A stretch of 64,000 nucleotides of DNA from Raillietiella orientalis (GCA_036172245.1 JAYWIR010000043.1:1054001-1118000), one strand, 5' to 3'. Numbered from the stretch's first letter, positions 39,601-53,743 are shown. Numbers and translations are program-made. Notes: generated by a model not told the origin, from the sequence alone.

Positions 39601-42600
39601 TTCCACCTACTTGCAAGAACTCTGAAATAACTCCATGTACAGATCACATATTCTGCATAAAAGAAACACGTGTACACTTTGCCGAAAGGCGTTGGCAAAC
39701 GGTCGTGCAATGAGCAACTTTCACGCAACCTATTTACCTTTTTCAATCATCGAACGACACTTCTACCTATCAAAATACAAAAAACAGACGTTTAATCGCA
39801 ACATCCAGTAACGCGCCACGACTTCAAGATCAGACAGGCGAGGTGGCGCACTGCAAAGAAAAAATTGGTAACTTTGATGCTTCCAAGGGCCACGGAAGAA
39901 TATTTAAAGTACTATGTCCACGTTTGTGAATGGAAGGTTTTTTTTTTTTGGATTAATTATCGATGCCTCCACTTGTACTGTTTGATTACGTAGAATTACG
40001 ATTACGGCAATGGGGAGCCAAAGATGAAAAGTCTAGGACTTCCCCCCCCCTCCCCCATTCTGGAAACCTACGACTGACGTCGGTTGCATGATTCTCCAAG
40101 AAGCCACCGGCAACGTGATCCACACCCTCTCCTCAAAAACGCAAAAGTGTCATTTGAATCCACTCGAGGGTCGGTGGTGTCACTTGCCGAGGCCCTTGTA
40201 GTACTCAACGTGCAATACTATCGAGTTGATACATCCAGAATGTGTACAGAAAAGTACAACTGCTGCCCTCCGACATTCGATTCCTTCACTTTTCCACCTG
40301 CCAACAAGTGTGCTTTTCCGTCCTCTGTTCATCGCTTACTGTGCTCAAAACGATTCGATATGTATTGTGCATATTCGCAGACGTCTTTATCCGCTTGGAA
40401 TCGTAGAAACTTACAAAGTGAAACAGATGATCTGTATTAGTAATCAAATCCTGGCACAAAAAAGGGAAAACGCACAACTCTGGCTAATTGATTGGCGCGA
40501 AGGGAAGACAAAAACCCAAGTATGATTATCTTGATCTGCTAACCCTGCGTGGCAACGTGCCATGGCAACCGCTTACGGATAACTGGAAAGAAAATGCGCA
40601 GTCCGGGTAAAACCAGGCAACCTACAGTTGCACCGTGGGGGCACCATCTGGGAAACCGACCCACCCCACCCATTCCCAGGAAGGAAACGCCTGAAACGAA
40701 AGGCGGAAAACAAAATCACGGCCAATTCGGAGAGGGAATGCAAAGCCGTGGGTTACGGGAAAAAAAAAGAAAATCGGGGAATCTTGAGGTCCGGTTACAA
40801 GCGATCAAAGGTCGACTTCAGATCACGGGTCGAAATGCCACAAATCAAAAGAATTGAAATTCTTACTGGACCGCTAGCCACAAGAACTTTCTCATGAAGA
40901 GTGAGGTTGCAGCCACAAATTACTCGTCCATTTCGAAATAGTCAGGAAGGAGCACAACAACAAAACACAAGTCTGAACGTTCCGTGCATCGTACTACGCA
41001 ACTAATGCAATGTCCTTTTTTTTTTTTTTTTTTTTTGGAAATAATATCCATAAAGTTACATGGTGATCCAAGACTGTTACGCTCGGATCACATTGGTGCT
41101 TTTTCTTTTTGTCCTAATTAAACGCACAGTAAATTACGTATTACCATATCAGATCTCGACACTGCCATCTCACCGTAATATTCGAAAACACTGCCCGGTT
41201 CCATTGAAAAAACACACACACACACACACACACACATACACACACAAAAAAAAGGGTTGAGCTGGCATATTTTTGTCGCTAATAGCTCGTGTTCGGCAAT
41301 TGGTCAGGCACGATAAAACAGCCAACGTTCAAATCAATTCCGTTTTGCTTAATGCTGAGTACTTCACGATTGGATAAACACCAACACCAACACGATGACA
41401 AGTTCAGCTAAAATGTTCTGTACCGTACAACTGGGAACAGACTACCTCAGAAAATAATTTGCGAGGGAAAACACAAAAAAAATTACCCAAAGCCTTAAGC
41501 AAGCAGTCGATGACATAATTCGGTAAAATGAAACAAAAGTACACGAATACTAATGAATAGGGTGTTCCAAGGAAACAAATATTCCAACATAGGTATTACG
41601 AAATGAAAAGAAAACGACAAAAAAAAAAAAAAAAAAGGCATTTTTTGATTAAGGACGCAAGCAGAAACCAAAACGCATGATGAATTTACAGAGCTCCTGA
41701 GCATAACAGCAAACATTCAACATCAAAGAAAATAGCAACATGTCTTTTTGCAAGCCAAAAAAATCAGTTCTATTGATGGGAAACTACGTAGAGCAATTGT
41801 CAGAATTGGCATATGCCAACAGCATATGATTAATAAAAATGAATGTGGTTACATAAACTATGCACTTAAAAACGAAATCCAGTAATATGTTAGTGGCAAT
41901 TATGTAAACAACTATGGAATGATCGATTATCTACATATATTACATTACAGGTGTCATAAGCAGTATACACAAATCTTACAATCAAAACCCATTATCAGTT
42001 AAACACAAGAAAACATTTCTGAAAGTTCAACAGTTCAGTTACAACTTTCAAGTGTGGTGTCAAAAGACATGATTACAGTTGTTTGTCTTTAGCAACAAAA
42101 CCACAATGATGATGCAGCAGAAAACTCTAGGATGGTATCAAAATAAGCAATTTATGAACTGAAATCATCTAATAAATGCAGGCAAGAAGTCAGAAGGATG
42201 CATCAAATAAAACACAATGAAATGACATGAACGTGTTATTTCCTTTCCATCCAACACTACTACTCTACTAATCAGAACAAAACACTTACCAGGGAATAAA
42301 ACATTGCTGAAAACAGAAAACACATGTACACAAACAGATGTATTTTTTTTTTTTAAATTAGCATGACTAACCACTAATATAAATTAGTTTGATAAATTTA
42401 CAAGAATATTAGAACTCCACTTATATTTTGCTGCATATTTGACTGCAAGTTTAGTTAGTGCACTTGAACTCATTTTGAAGTTACTTCAAAAAACTGAACT
42501 GTCAACAGCAGTAATGTGCCACACAGTTTATCTTATACAAATCTTTTTTTTCTTTTTTTCTTTTTTTTCATTTTTATACCACCCAATATATTTGATACAT

Positions 42601-42751
42601 AATAAAATAGTTTCTGGATTCTCCCCTCTGTATACTTATTTGATATTTTTCTATTTCTGTAGCATTAACAGAAAGCTACTTGCTTTCATCACATTCTCGT
42701 CCCAAAATAGACACTTTTTTTGTAATTGTCAGTTCAAAGATCTCCAACAGT

Positions 42752-45700
42752 TCAATCTAAGTGGTCTTGGAAAATTAATTTTACGTATCCAGGAGCTGCT
42801 TCCAAGGGAACAGCACAGAATGGACATGTAGCATGAAAACCATTTGTACCATGGGGTATGGGCGTACCATCCCAATACCTAACACCAAATCACTGGCAAC
42901 ACAACTACTTATTTAAGACTTACTTGACTGTAGCCTCTGATGTTATGTGTCCACAAGGATGGAAACAGTGTGTAGGAGGACCATCATCTACCCAGAAAGC
43001 AGCTTCTGCTCCAAAGCAAAGCTTAACAATAGGTCCTACTTTAAAACATATAGGACACATATGATTTTCATTATCTTTTGTATGTCCCCAATCATGTAAA
43101 CCCTGGACGTGTCCACAATTCAGATACACATATGGCTGCTTTTCAGAAGACAATAGTGAGGAAGTCTGTGCTCGTGGAATGACTAAGGTATTCAGACCCA
43201 CAGGACACTGAGGACGTCCAGCATTAATCTGATCTATCATGCTTTCCAACTGTTCATGTGTCTACCAAAGACCTACAACTGCTGCACATACATGTGTTGT
43301 CCCTCACCATAGATTTTTCTAATCCTTCAGTGGAACGCCATAACAGTGTTGCTCCACATAAATCAATTAAAGTTCCATCTTGCAAAACGTTGGTATCAGT
43401 TTCACACTAAGACCATCAAAACGATCGATCAATCAACAATTTCTGCCATACCTTATTGCCACACTTCTGCAGAGACCGTGATTCTCTTAACGAAAAGATC
43501 TCACCACATACTGAAACTTCCTTCCAAATTCGATATGGTTCTTTTAAATTATTACCAACAAAAGGGCCATTAGGGTGACTGATCAATACACCATTAGTAG
43601 TTAATCCATCCATTGTTTTATCATTATTAAACCATTTAGTAGCCTTTTCCTGTTAATAAATTCATATAGAGGAGCACACGCTAATGATTTGCCTACCCCT
43701 AGAAAAATGTTGAGAGAGGAATCAAATCCTGCTGCATATATACGACACATTTTGGGATTGCTGCGTTCACAAAAAATGCGACAAGCAAATCGAGAAATTG
43801 TACTTTGCGTGGAAAGTGGGGTTAATTTATTCCGTTGGTTTCCTGGTACAATGTCTATAACCACAAAATCAATGGGCCCTTCAGATGAGCGACCAAGCTG
43901 GAACATATCAGTCTCTGGATCTGGGGTGTACTCAACAACAACAGCTGATGTACGATTCAGTGTATAAGATATAGAGTGCTGGTTAGCATCTAACACTGCC
44001 TGGGAACACTGTGGCTTTGCTACCAGGTAACCTCTGCTGCGACGAACTCCATTAGCTTTAGCACGCCGATATAAAACAAATCGGCTACGTCGCCGTCCTT
44101 TTTCTCCTTCTTCGAGAAAGCCATTGTGCCTGAACAATTGATAATGAGAGCTTAGAATTTCTAAATGAATCAAATGTGAAGAAATGAAAATAAATCAGAG
44201 ATTAAAAAATACTTTCGAAAAATCATGAAAAATGAATAGCATGGTTATTTTAATCAATCACTACCTCAAATTCTAACCAACTTATAAAGAAAAATTTTCC
44301 CAGGATTATCATTTAGCATAATGGATTGTGGTTTTGAAGAAATGAAGCAAATGAAATAACAATATTTTCCAGCATCTTACTTTAAAATGGCTTTAATAAG
44401 CACAGATTGCCATTTGAAAACATAGGTATCATGAATCATAAATATGATTACATTCATGCACTTGGTCTTTTTTAATGAAAATTCGTTGAATGTTCTATGA
44501 AAGACAGGACATCAACAAATGCATTACCATCTGAATCATTCATTATTGCTTTTTTGGTTCAATATAACTGATGTATTCACTTTAGAATACTCAATTAGTT
44601 AAAATGAAAATAGCATTACAATACGAACCATATACTTACTAACAAAGTCACATGATTTTTCATGGAGGAAAATACTGTTTATTCCCCAAATGTTGATCTA
44701 TTGGACCTAAACAAGTTGACACACACAAAATTTCCAATTTCTCTTTTTGTAACTGGATAAATTAACAATTTCACCTGATTTGCTAATGTAGAAACATCAC
44801 ACTCTAAGATAATGGCCAAAATTGCTTAGTTGTTAATAAGATTCAAGAAAATTACACTAATCATAAAAAGATTTTCCTCCTATGATTGCGAACTAATGTT
44901 CCAGATCAAAATGAGAAAATGAAAATTTAGAGAATAAAGACTCCATTCATACAAAAACAAATTAAAAAAATGATTCATAAAGGAAACTAGGTAAATTAGT
45001 TTCAGCTCTTTTTAAGTCAGAATGTTTTAAAGAAAGTCCAATCTTCAATGATAAAAGAATGATCCAAATTAAAAATTAAGATACATTGAAGATAAAAAAA
45101 AAAAAAAAAAAAAGTTTAATATCAAGAAGCTTATCTTTAATACCAATTTCAGCTTTTGTATATTTGTTCCTACTGTTAGTTGAATTTTCATTGTTACTTT
45201 TAACTGAATATTGAATGACTCCTTGCAATTCATTTTCCTATTAATTCTTTCATTATTCATCTAGACCCTACTGAAGTATCCATTTGCAAATTACATTTTG
45301 GTTTATGCAGAATCTTCACTGAAAAATATTCGTGGATACTCCGAAGCCCTTGAGAGTTCCATTTATCTCTTTAAAGCCAATGCACATTATCCTGACTTCA
45401 TGAATTCCATTCTTCTAAAATACATATTTGCATAGAATGCTAAGTAGACACTAAACTGAAAAAGCAGGAGAAGGGGAGCAAGATGATACAATTGCTATGA
45501 ACTGGAAAAACTTTTCAAACAGAACTAAACCACAATAACTGGAATCTCATGAAACTGTGATGACTATGATGCATCATTTCCCTCTATCTAAACTGATTTT
45601 ATTACACTTATCTTTTCATCTAATATCCATGCAGTCAATTATATCCACTTTGATTATCGTCTTAACTACTTTTTGTCAAGTGAAGCTCTACAAACCTTCA

Positions 45701-46522
45701 AAAACACTGAATGCATATGTCAGATGAACAAACTTTTTTCTCAAAATGAAAATCGGAAAAATTCCTTTCTCGCTATATAACAGAAAAAAATGAAAACGAC
45801 ACACATAGACCACTGGATTCCGAACTAACACATGCCCATAATGGTTCTGCACTAACATTTATTACCAATCCTTGATTTTCCATCCTAAACATGATGACAG
45901 GAACAAAAGTGTAATCAGTAGAAAAGAAAGCCATCAGAACAACGCCTAAAATAACCCAGTAACACCATCAGACATTACACTCTCTAAGTATTTCATGGTA
46001 ATTCCTAAACATAATAAGCATAATACTCACATACTGTTGGCAACATCGGAAGTATACATAAACCACCAACAAATCCAAACTTACTCAGCAATAAAATCAA
46101 ACACCTATTAAAAATACTAAAACATTGTATGTCCTTAAAAATCAAGTTGTAAGATCAAACTTATAGAGTTCTATCTAATTCAGATGTTTATTCCTGCCTA
46201 AAAAATCAGCCGAATATACACTGAAATAAGCACAAATGTACTAAGGATATGTGGTCTTTTCTCACTTGTGATGGATTCTGATTGTCTGCTTTGAAAAAAA
46301 GACTGACACATGGTTAAACACAAATAAAAATCTGCATGTTCACCAAAGAATACCTAAACAGAAGTCTTTTTTAACTATCAATGTCAAAAAATAAAAATAC
46401 AACAAATTTTCATAATAGTTTTTCAGAAATGAGTACATTTTTAAAATTATGATTTTCTCTTACCCTAGAATAATAAGTTCACCATACTTCACCAATCCTT
46501 TGGTTTCATTTTCATTTGGCAT
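42752..46522 (-). CDS. Pli: E3 ubiquitin ligase Pellino (about 417 aa)
   Basis: Exons 46522-46464, 44129-43697, 43649-43452, 43406-43308, 43261-42924, 42878-42752; introns 2334, 47, 45, 46 and 45 nt; total 1254 nt in frame. VKYGELIILG, TDMFQLGRSSE, STISRFACRI, MDGLTTNGVL, LQDGTLIDLCGATLLWR, RPQCPVGLNTL, RING-like CGH..CPIC..PCGH..CPFC, ending LIFQDHLD. Confidence 0.96.
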
Positions 46523-49500
46523 AGCTGTAATATCACAGATTAAACACTAGTATAATTTATTGAAGCTTTGGCATCTTGATGCATACTTATCCATTGATTT
46601 AATTTACAAATTTACTGCTAAAAATATACAAACAAAAATATGCAGTTGAAAATTTGGAACTTTAAATCAAATTAAAGGACATGATTCCCATACTAAACAT
46701 GCAGCACAGCAAACACTAACAGAATTGATACAACGGAATTTGATCAAAATAAAATTCAAAGAATACCTAAGGGTATACATTTCAAACAGGTTACATTTAG
46801 GTTAGCTTTGAGCATATCTCGATGGCAATAATTCTTTTTTCAAAGTATGTAAAAAGAATTCCGTAAATTTTGGCTCCACCGTGACGCCTGACTTAATAAC
46901 AAATCATCCAGTAACTTGACATTTACCAAATAATTTTGCAATAATTCAGATATACGCATTTTGGTTATCTGACACTAAAGTAAGTTAATTCAACGACGAT
47001 GCAACTGCATGCTTTTCAATGTAAGTGCACTTGTACTTTTGAAGCCTATTGTAATTTCTGTGCTCTTACTGCTCTGAATCGCTACAATGTATTAATTGTC
47101 ATTCACTTCTTGAAATTCGTAGTTTTAGTTACGTATGCAAACAAACGACAAGATAATAATAATAATAATAATAATTATAACAGACAGTTTTGTTTCCATA
47201 TTGTATTTCAATATCCAGATATGGGTACCAGGCAATCCAATTAATTTAAAATTTTAACAACTTTCAATTCCTCAATCCGTGCATGAAAAACAAGACGCTT
47301 CTCGCCACATTTACATGTGCAGTTGCTGACACTAGGCAACAAACACAACCGGATTTTTTTCTCGGGATTAATTAAAATTACTTTTTAACCATCCTGATAA
47401 GCACGATGCTCTGGGAATCAACAACATGGTTGCTGTGCCCGTTCTACATGCCTCACATCTTTTTTTAAACACATATTTTTTTTTCCAAACTCTCTTCTCC
47501 ATTGCCACACGTGCAAGATCACCCGTTTTTTTTTTTCCGTGTGTGTTTTCTCTCTCTTTTTTTCCTTTTCACCCAACATTTACGTGGTTCTCTGCGGCAG
47601 CCACCAACACGTCCCAACTTGCTGTTACGGTGGCTTAACGGGGACGGCCGCTGCTACGTGCGAGCGACCCGCCTTTGTCTGCCGCCGCCGCCGCCGCCGG
47701 CCCACGTCGACACAACACGAGTGATAAGGAATGCTTCCGACCGTGGGCAGCGCGAGTGTAGCCCCCCCCCCCCCCCCAGAATTGCACTGACCTACGGACA
47801 TGGGAACTCGCCACATGCCACACGTCTGTGCACATCCGAGTGTTCCAGGATGCCGGGAATTCTGCTCCCGCGAGAAGCATCCCGGGCCTCCAGGGAACGC
47901 GACCCTCGGCCTTCGACGACCACGTTTTCGCGTGAACTCGGTCCTAGGAATTTCACCGGGAACAACAACAACAACAACGGCCCGAAGATGTGGTGTCGAA
48001 TAATTTATTGGGCGTCAGTGAAAATGGATCTCCCTAGACGGTCACGAAAACGTGTTCGAAAACGGAGTGCAAAGTTTACTCGAGTCGTATAAAACCAAGA
48101 GCAGTCTCCGACTGGAAAAGACTTGGAAAGGCATTTTAATACACTGTTTGTTTTACAGTTCAAGTGAAAGATTACGGTTCTTGCACGCGACCTACGCTGA
48201 TGGGGCGATGAGGGAAGCCTGAATTCAGGACTCCCTACGTGTTTTTTGTTTGTCACTCCGCCACAGCATTGGACGAAAGTTCTTCGATTCAAACACTGCT
48301 TCCAAGCACTTCCCGAAATGGAAAAAAGGGCTGAAATCAAAAAGAGGAAGAAAAAAAAAAAAAAAAATCAAACGAAGAAACACGGAGGGCTATTGAGGAC
48401 AAGTACATTTGTGTAACAGCATTGGGACAGCTACGCCTCATTAATAGAGAGCATTGCTCAATTGCTTTTGTATGCATGTGGGAACAGTGCCTCGCAAACA
48501 AAAAAATCTTTTTACGAAACGTGCTCGACATATGATTTATGGCATCCAAGGTCGATTCTTTAGTTGTTTTTTTCCCCATTAAATTTGCTGGTTGGAATCG
48601 TTGTTTTGTGTACAATTCAGATGCATAACATTGAATAAAAAAAAAAAAAAAAAGGTCAACATTACATAGCATATCGCATTATTCGTATGTAACTTCAACG
48701 TATTAAAATGCAGAGAAGTATCAGTACTGTTTTATCTACTATGGAATATCACGACACCCAACTTTGGAATGGGGCCAATTCGTAGTCCATCAAAGCTGGC
48801 GAATTATTTATCCTTCCATTTGCATGCTTTTTGTCGCGCCCTTAGTGCGAGGCGAACATGCCCTGTTTTCATGGGGCAGATTTGGGATTCCTCTCTCATT
48901 GCTATAGGAAACAGCTGGCATGCTATAGGATAGAATGAATACACTTGGAATAATAAAACAAACTTGTTGAAATGCAAACAATCCGAAGGGGAAGCGCGAA
49001 ATTTTGTGAACAACCTACATGTCCGAGGGAAAAGAAACTGAATGCTGTAAGGCAAGATGACCTCTGCTCAGAGGACTGTACTGTAAGATACGGACGAAGG
49101 CAGACTGACGATGATCCCACGGCGGGGATCTCAACAGCTTCCATCTGTTGTTTTACTGGAACCACGTTTCCATCTGAGAGATGTCGGTCGTATAGACAAA
49201 ATCACAGTCGTGCCCACGGCGGGCGTGGGAAACGTGGAAATTCTAACGCTTCCCTTCGACTGTAATGGACGATAATTTTCTATACCGTAATAAAATTAAT
49301 GTCCTTATTTGCGTTGAATGTGATCATGAAATGATCTTACAGATTCTACCGCAACTCTTAATCTTAGGGATAAATCGTTTTTACATAGTATAGTTAAAAA
49401 ATCCGTGTATTTTTTCGTCACACATCCCTAATGAAGTAAAGCGTCTTTGGTGACTTTCCAAGTTCGTAGCCCTAAATGCAGCCTTTATGCAGCTATAGAG

Positions 49501-49549
49501 AGAAATAAATCGCTAGTTCTGTATACTCAGTCGTATACATGAGAAACAG

Positions 49550-50130
49550 CAGGTATGATTACCAGGTTTCCTTATAATGTGCCATAAGCTACTCTCGAAA
49601 CGTTAGGGCCTCCTCCTAGCGTAGACCCACGCTTGCGGTTTCCCTGCATCAGGAAACCCAGATCGGAAAGTCGTGAACTTTCCATCTGTCTCCAGCATCC
49701 TGTCACGGGGAACGGACTGTGACCTTTGCTCATTCAAAGGTCGACTATGTGAAAGGTTGTTCATGCAAAGTGGCTGCCGTTGCCAGAGTGTCGATATGTG
49801 AGTTTGAATATACTTTGTTTGCTTCTTACGTTATGGCTTTGAAGGCAATCGCGCCCGTTGTGTGTGAAAATTCCAAAATTAAATGGGCCATCTGCATCCC
49901 AACTTGGAAAAGTGGAACCTTGCCTAGGATTTCTTACATAGAAAAACATTGGCTATCTCTCTCCGAAAAAGCAGGGATGGGAACATGAAATGAAAATTCG
50001 ACCTAGACTCCTGATGTGTGAAAGTAGATGAAGCGTAGAGCGTATAGTCACAAAGGAGATTTCAGGCCAAGCCATCTGAATTTTCCGATTCGAGCCATTC
50101 TCCTACGAAGGTGGAGACCTTGTTTCAGAC
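49550..50130 (+). mobile_element. Possible very decayed APE-endonuclease remnant
   Basis: LAVSLHQETQ (compare LQETH) and FAHSK (compare VFFAHAH at about 54600); many stops. Confidence 0.25.
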
Positions 50131-50136
50131 TTCGGA

Positions 50137-50760
50137 GTTTACACCCGGTCACGCCTGGGCGTTTATTGTGAAATCATAATCACAAATAAACAGCCAAGGT
50201 AGGAATACATATAGAAAAAGTTTTATTCCTTTGTAATGCGATTACAAATCCTACTATTCCAGTACAATTTTCGGAGCGTTTCTTCTCGGAAACAGATTGA
50301 GGAGGGGGGGGGGGGAATGCAAAGCAAAAAATAAATCAAATAAATGAATCCAAAAGAGAGGATAATGTTTTTTAAAAGATTGCGTGCGGGAGGGAAGGGA
50401 ATGGATCACAGCACCCTCCTTGGAGTCCTCAGCGTGCTGTCCAGGACGCAGGCAACTTTTTCTTTTAGCCTAAGAGGTGTGGTCATCTCGTCGTCATCCT
50501 CAGGAAGGTCTCATCAAGGGGATGGCGTCCCAGTTGGTTTGACCCCCTGCGGCAAGGCAGCTTCCCGCGGCGTGGCAAGTGAAATCGCGCCACTCGTGAA
50601 GAGGCCGTCTCACCACCACGTCTTTCGGGTTGTCCGTTGGTGGTTGTAGGGTCGTAGCGAGACGTCCCTGTACACTCCGGAGGGCAACCCACTCATGATT
50701 CCGTTTCATCGCACCTGACACAGTTCGGGGTCACACACTTTCCTGGTCCAGTGGTGTCAG
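50137..50760 (-). mobile_element. Decayed 3' fragment of the L1/Tx1-like family
   Basis: LQPPTDNPKDVV matches LGPPTDNPRDVL at about 11150. T-rich UTR on minus; terminal AATAAA-cgcccaggcgtgaccgggtgtaaac at 50167-50137. Confidence 0.75.
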
Positions 50761-51399
50761 CGCACTTCAACTGTGCTCGCGTATTTTTTGCGTGCTCGCT
50801 CGGTTTGAATGAAGCGCGGATTGGTTGCTATAGTGGTTTGGCGCTTGTCTGGTGAGAGGAGTAGTAGCGGTGTTGCAAAGGCAAAATGGCAGCGAACACT
50901 GCTAACAAGGGAAGGGGTGAAGAGAGAACTTCACCGCTACACGTGAAAACGGAGGCTGCAGCGTACAAAGAATCATGTCCTCGAAACGAGAGGGTATGGA
51001 ACTAGGTGAATGGCCTTGGTGACTCCAGGCAGCCACTTCGGTTATCAGGAGGAAGCCAGAACCTACATGCCCAAGGATACCGGCTATCCTCTTGTACAAG
51101 GTGGGCCATCTAGAACTTGCTTCGGTTACATGCTCTTTGCGAAAGGGCTTCGCAGTTTAGCATGGACAAAGGAAAACGGCAAGGTCTCTCGGTGATCAGC
51201 GAAAGGCGAGCTGTGGAGCTTCTCTTGCAAGGATGCAAGACTTGAGCAACCTTTGCAGAATACCTCTCATCAGCGTGAAGAACACCAGACTCCCCCTAGT
51301 CAAGAGTGGCCGTTCGTTGGTAGTCGACCTAGCCGGACTAAAACTACGGATGAATAAGAAGCCCTTCGTCAGTTTTCCAAATTCGCAATTCGAATTGGG

Positions 51400-51690
51400 A
51401 AAACACTGACGAAGGACTTGCTTCGATGGTGCAGCGTTCTGGCCAAAGACCAACTTGTTCTCAGGATTCGAGAGACCCCTCAGTGGCCTGGAGGCAGCGC
51501 GCGTGATGTACGTGAAGGGAAACAGTTCCCCTATGGACTACGGGTAGATGCAGAGCGCGCCGACCTATGGTTTCCAAGGAAGGCTAAAGTATGGAGTTAT
51601 TGCAATAAAACGGAACACCTGAAGAGAGGGTGTTCTGAAATTCAATGTCGCTTTTGTGGGTAGTTGAGATAAACACCAATGGCGTACCCA
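51400..51690 (+). mobile_element. Decayed non-LTR ORF1 (gag-like) remnant with tandem zinc knuckles
   Basis: WFPRKAKVWSYCNKTEHLKRGCSEIQCRFCG fits the paired CX2CX4HX4C knuckles typical of Tx1/L1 ORF1, with mutations. Confidence 0.5.
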
Positions 51691-51982
51691 AAACAGAATA
51701 GCCGAGTTCTTTCTGCCAAGGGAATGAAAAGAAGGAAACATGCACGAAAAAGCCAGAGAGAACCGACGAATAAAAGGGCGACCCGCAAACTCCGCGAATC
51801 GCGCTTGCGACACCTCGGCTAGGGAAAACACGCTACACGCCGAGGACGCGGGATGGCACTGGCTTATCAACAAGGGTAAAAAGGAAGGAAAGTCCGCGCA
51901 CCATTACGGCGAAGGACAGAGGAAGGAGCGGATAAGATCGTGTCAAGTAACGCTCAAGCGCGTTATCGCGATCGGTAAAGCA

Positions 51983-52514
51983 GTTTATCACCCGGCCACC
52001 CCTGGGCATTTATTCAAAATAATTTAGGAACGCGGTTTCCAACGCAAAGCAAAAAGTTCAAAAGGAGGGTCCGCCGACACTCAGGTCGGACACTCCAAAA
52101 GTCCGGAACAGATGGGAGAGGACAATAAATAAATTAATAAAGGGAGGGCGAGGTCAAGAGTCCATGACATCGGCTGTTTCTTCTAGAACCGTCGCAGAAT
52201 GCCGAGAGTTCCGTCTTGACTTGTTCATTCAGGTGAGGACACCTAGCAGCCGTCCTCATATAGGCGGTTGACATGCGGGCGACCTCCCTTCGCTGCTTGA
52301 GTCCATAAGAGATTGCGGGCCGTGACGATGGCGCGGATTCAGCATATCGTTGCGACCACGGCGCCAGCCTTGTCGCGACGAGGTCTTGGACTCCTGACGT
52401 TGCAGCGCATGCAAGTTCAGTTGAACTTTCGAAGACTGGCCTTCGTGGTAATCGTACTTCTCGGAAACCTAATGGGAATGCCCTGCGACTGGGCCACCCG
52501 GCCACTGGGTGCAC
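51983..52514 (-). mobile_element. Decayed 3' fragment of the family
   Basis: YMRTAARCPHLNEQVKTELSAF matches the family C-terminus (FLRLATRWPPLG..KDLVGIL). Terminal AATAAA motif at 52014-51983. Confidence 0.65.
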
Positions 52515-52879
52515 CCCTGCACGTTTGCTCTCCCGGCTGGCGGTCGGTGGCGAAGGACTCGCAACCCTGTTTGCGTGTCACCACCGCCGGCTCCCATCCA
52601 GCGGCTTCCCTCTCCGGTGTGTCTCTGCTCTGGTGAGAGTGAACACGTGGATTCGCTGCCGCCCTGCAAATACTCCGGCCTGGCAGTAGGAGAAAGTGAG
52701 GAAGTGGACCCTGCTCACCCAGGCCCCGTCGGAAGTTACCCGCTGCCGAGACTTTCAGAAGAACAGCGGAAGAACACTGGAGGCGGTGGGTAGTGAGCTG
52801 ATCATGTTAGCCTACCCAGCAGCCACCCTCTTCGGTGCAGCGGTGTCCTCCGCTACCGAGGTACATGGCACCTGCCTAC

Positions 52880-53743
52880 CGGCTAAGTGGGAGGTTTCCT
52901 GCCAGATCTCGGCCCGCAGGAAGCCTATCGGTGCTTGGACTACGCGGCAGCTGGCTGACGCGGCAACAGCAAGAACCGCCTCCAAAGGACTGGAACGTTG
53001 GGGAGAGCTCTTCTCCATTCGGCCTGAAGAGTTGGAATTATCCCCTTTGTTTATGGACTGTAAGCTGCTTTCCCTCAAGTGGCAGAAATAGGCGCTGCTG
53101 GTGCTGCACTGGGGTCTCCCGCGCAATGCGCGCCGGCACCACAGGACGAGGGGAAGCGCATCGCCGAACTGTGCCAGGTGTGGGGAGAAGAAGACTTTCT
53201 CCCACCTCATAGTGCACTGCATCGCTCTCGGGGACTTGTGGGAACGCTTCTCCGTGTCCCTTCCTCAACCCGCGGACGATCCCAGAGACCTTCGAGGCCC
53301 CTCTTCTCGCGGGACGCCATGACGCCCGCAGCCGCGATCTCAGCGCTATGTCGCGGCGAAGTGCGACGCCGTGGGAGGACGAAGCGACGGGGGGGCTGTC
53401 CCGCACGCCATCGCTTCCTGCAGGTAGCTTTGGGATGGCACCACCTGGAAAGGGAGAAGGACAAGCTCTCAGGCATCCTTCAAGTGATTCAGAGGGCTCA
53501 CCCACCACGAAATGTGATCCCTTCCCTTCCCCCAGCTGATCTTCTTGTCAGTTTCTACTTTTTGCTGTAGTTTGTTTCCTTTTTCTTCCTATTTTTTCTT
53601 CATCCCACCTCCCCTTCGTGGGCATGATGGACCTTGCCGGATCCCCCTCTTTTTCCTAATGTAATAATTCGAATCAGCGAGCCTTTTGTCCCCATCGACC
53701 CCTGCTAAAGGAATAAACGTCCCGGCTGACCCGGGTGTGGAAT
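52880..53743 (+). mobile_element. 5'-truncated decayed element: ORF2 C-terminus with CCHC finger and terminus
   Basis: IGAWTTRQLADAA..LSLKWQK..LHWGLPRNARRHH..NCARCGEKKTFSHLIVHC..RFLQVALGWHHL..LSGILQ; T-rich UTR; AATAAA at 53712 plus terminal motif. Confidence 0.8.
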
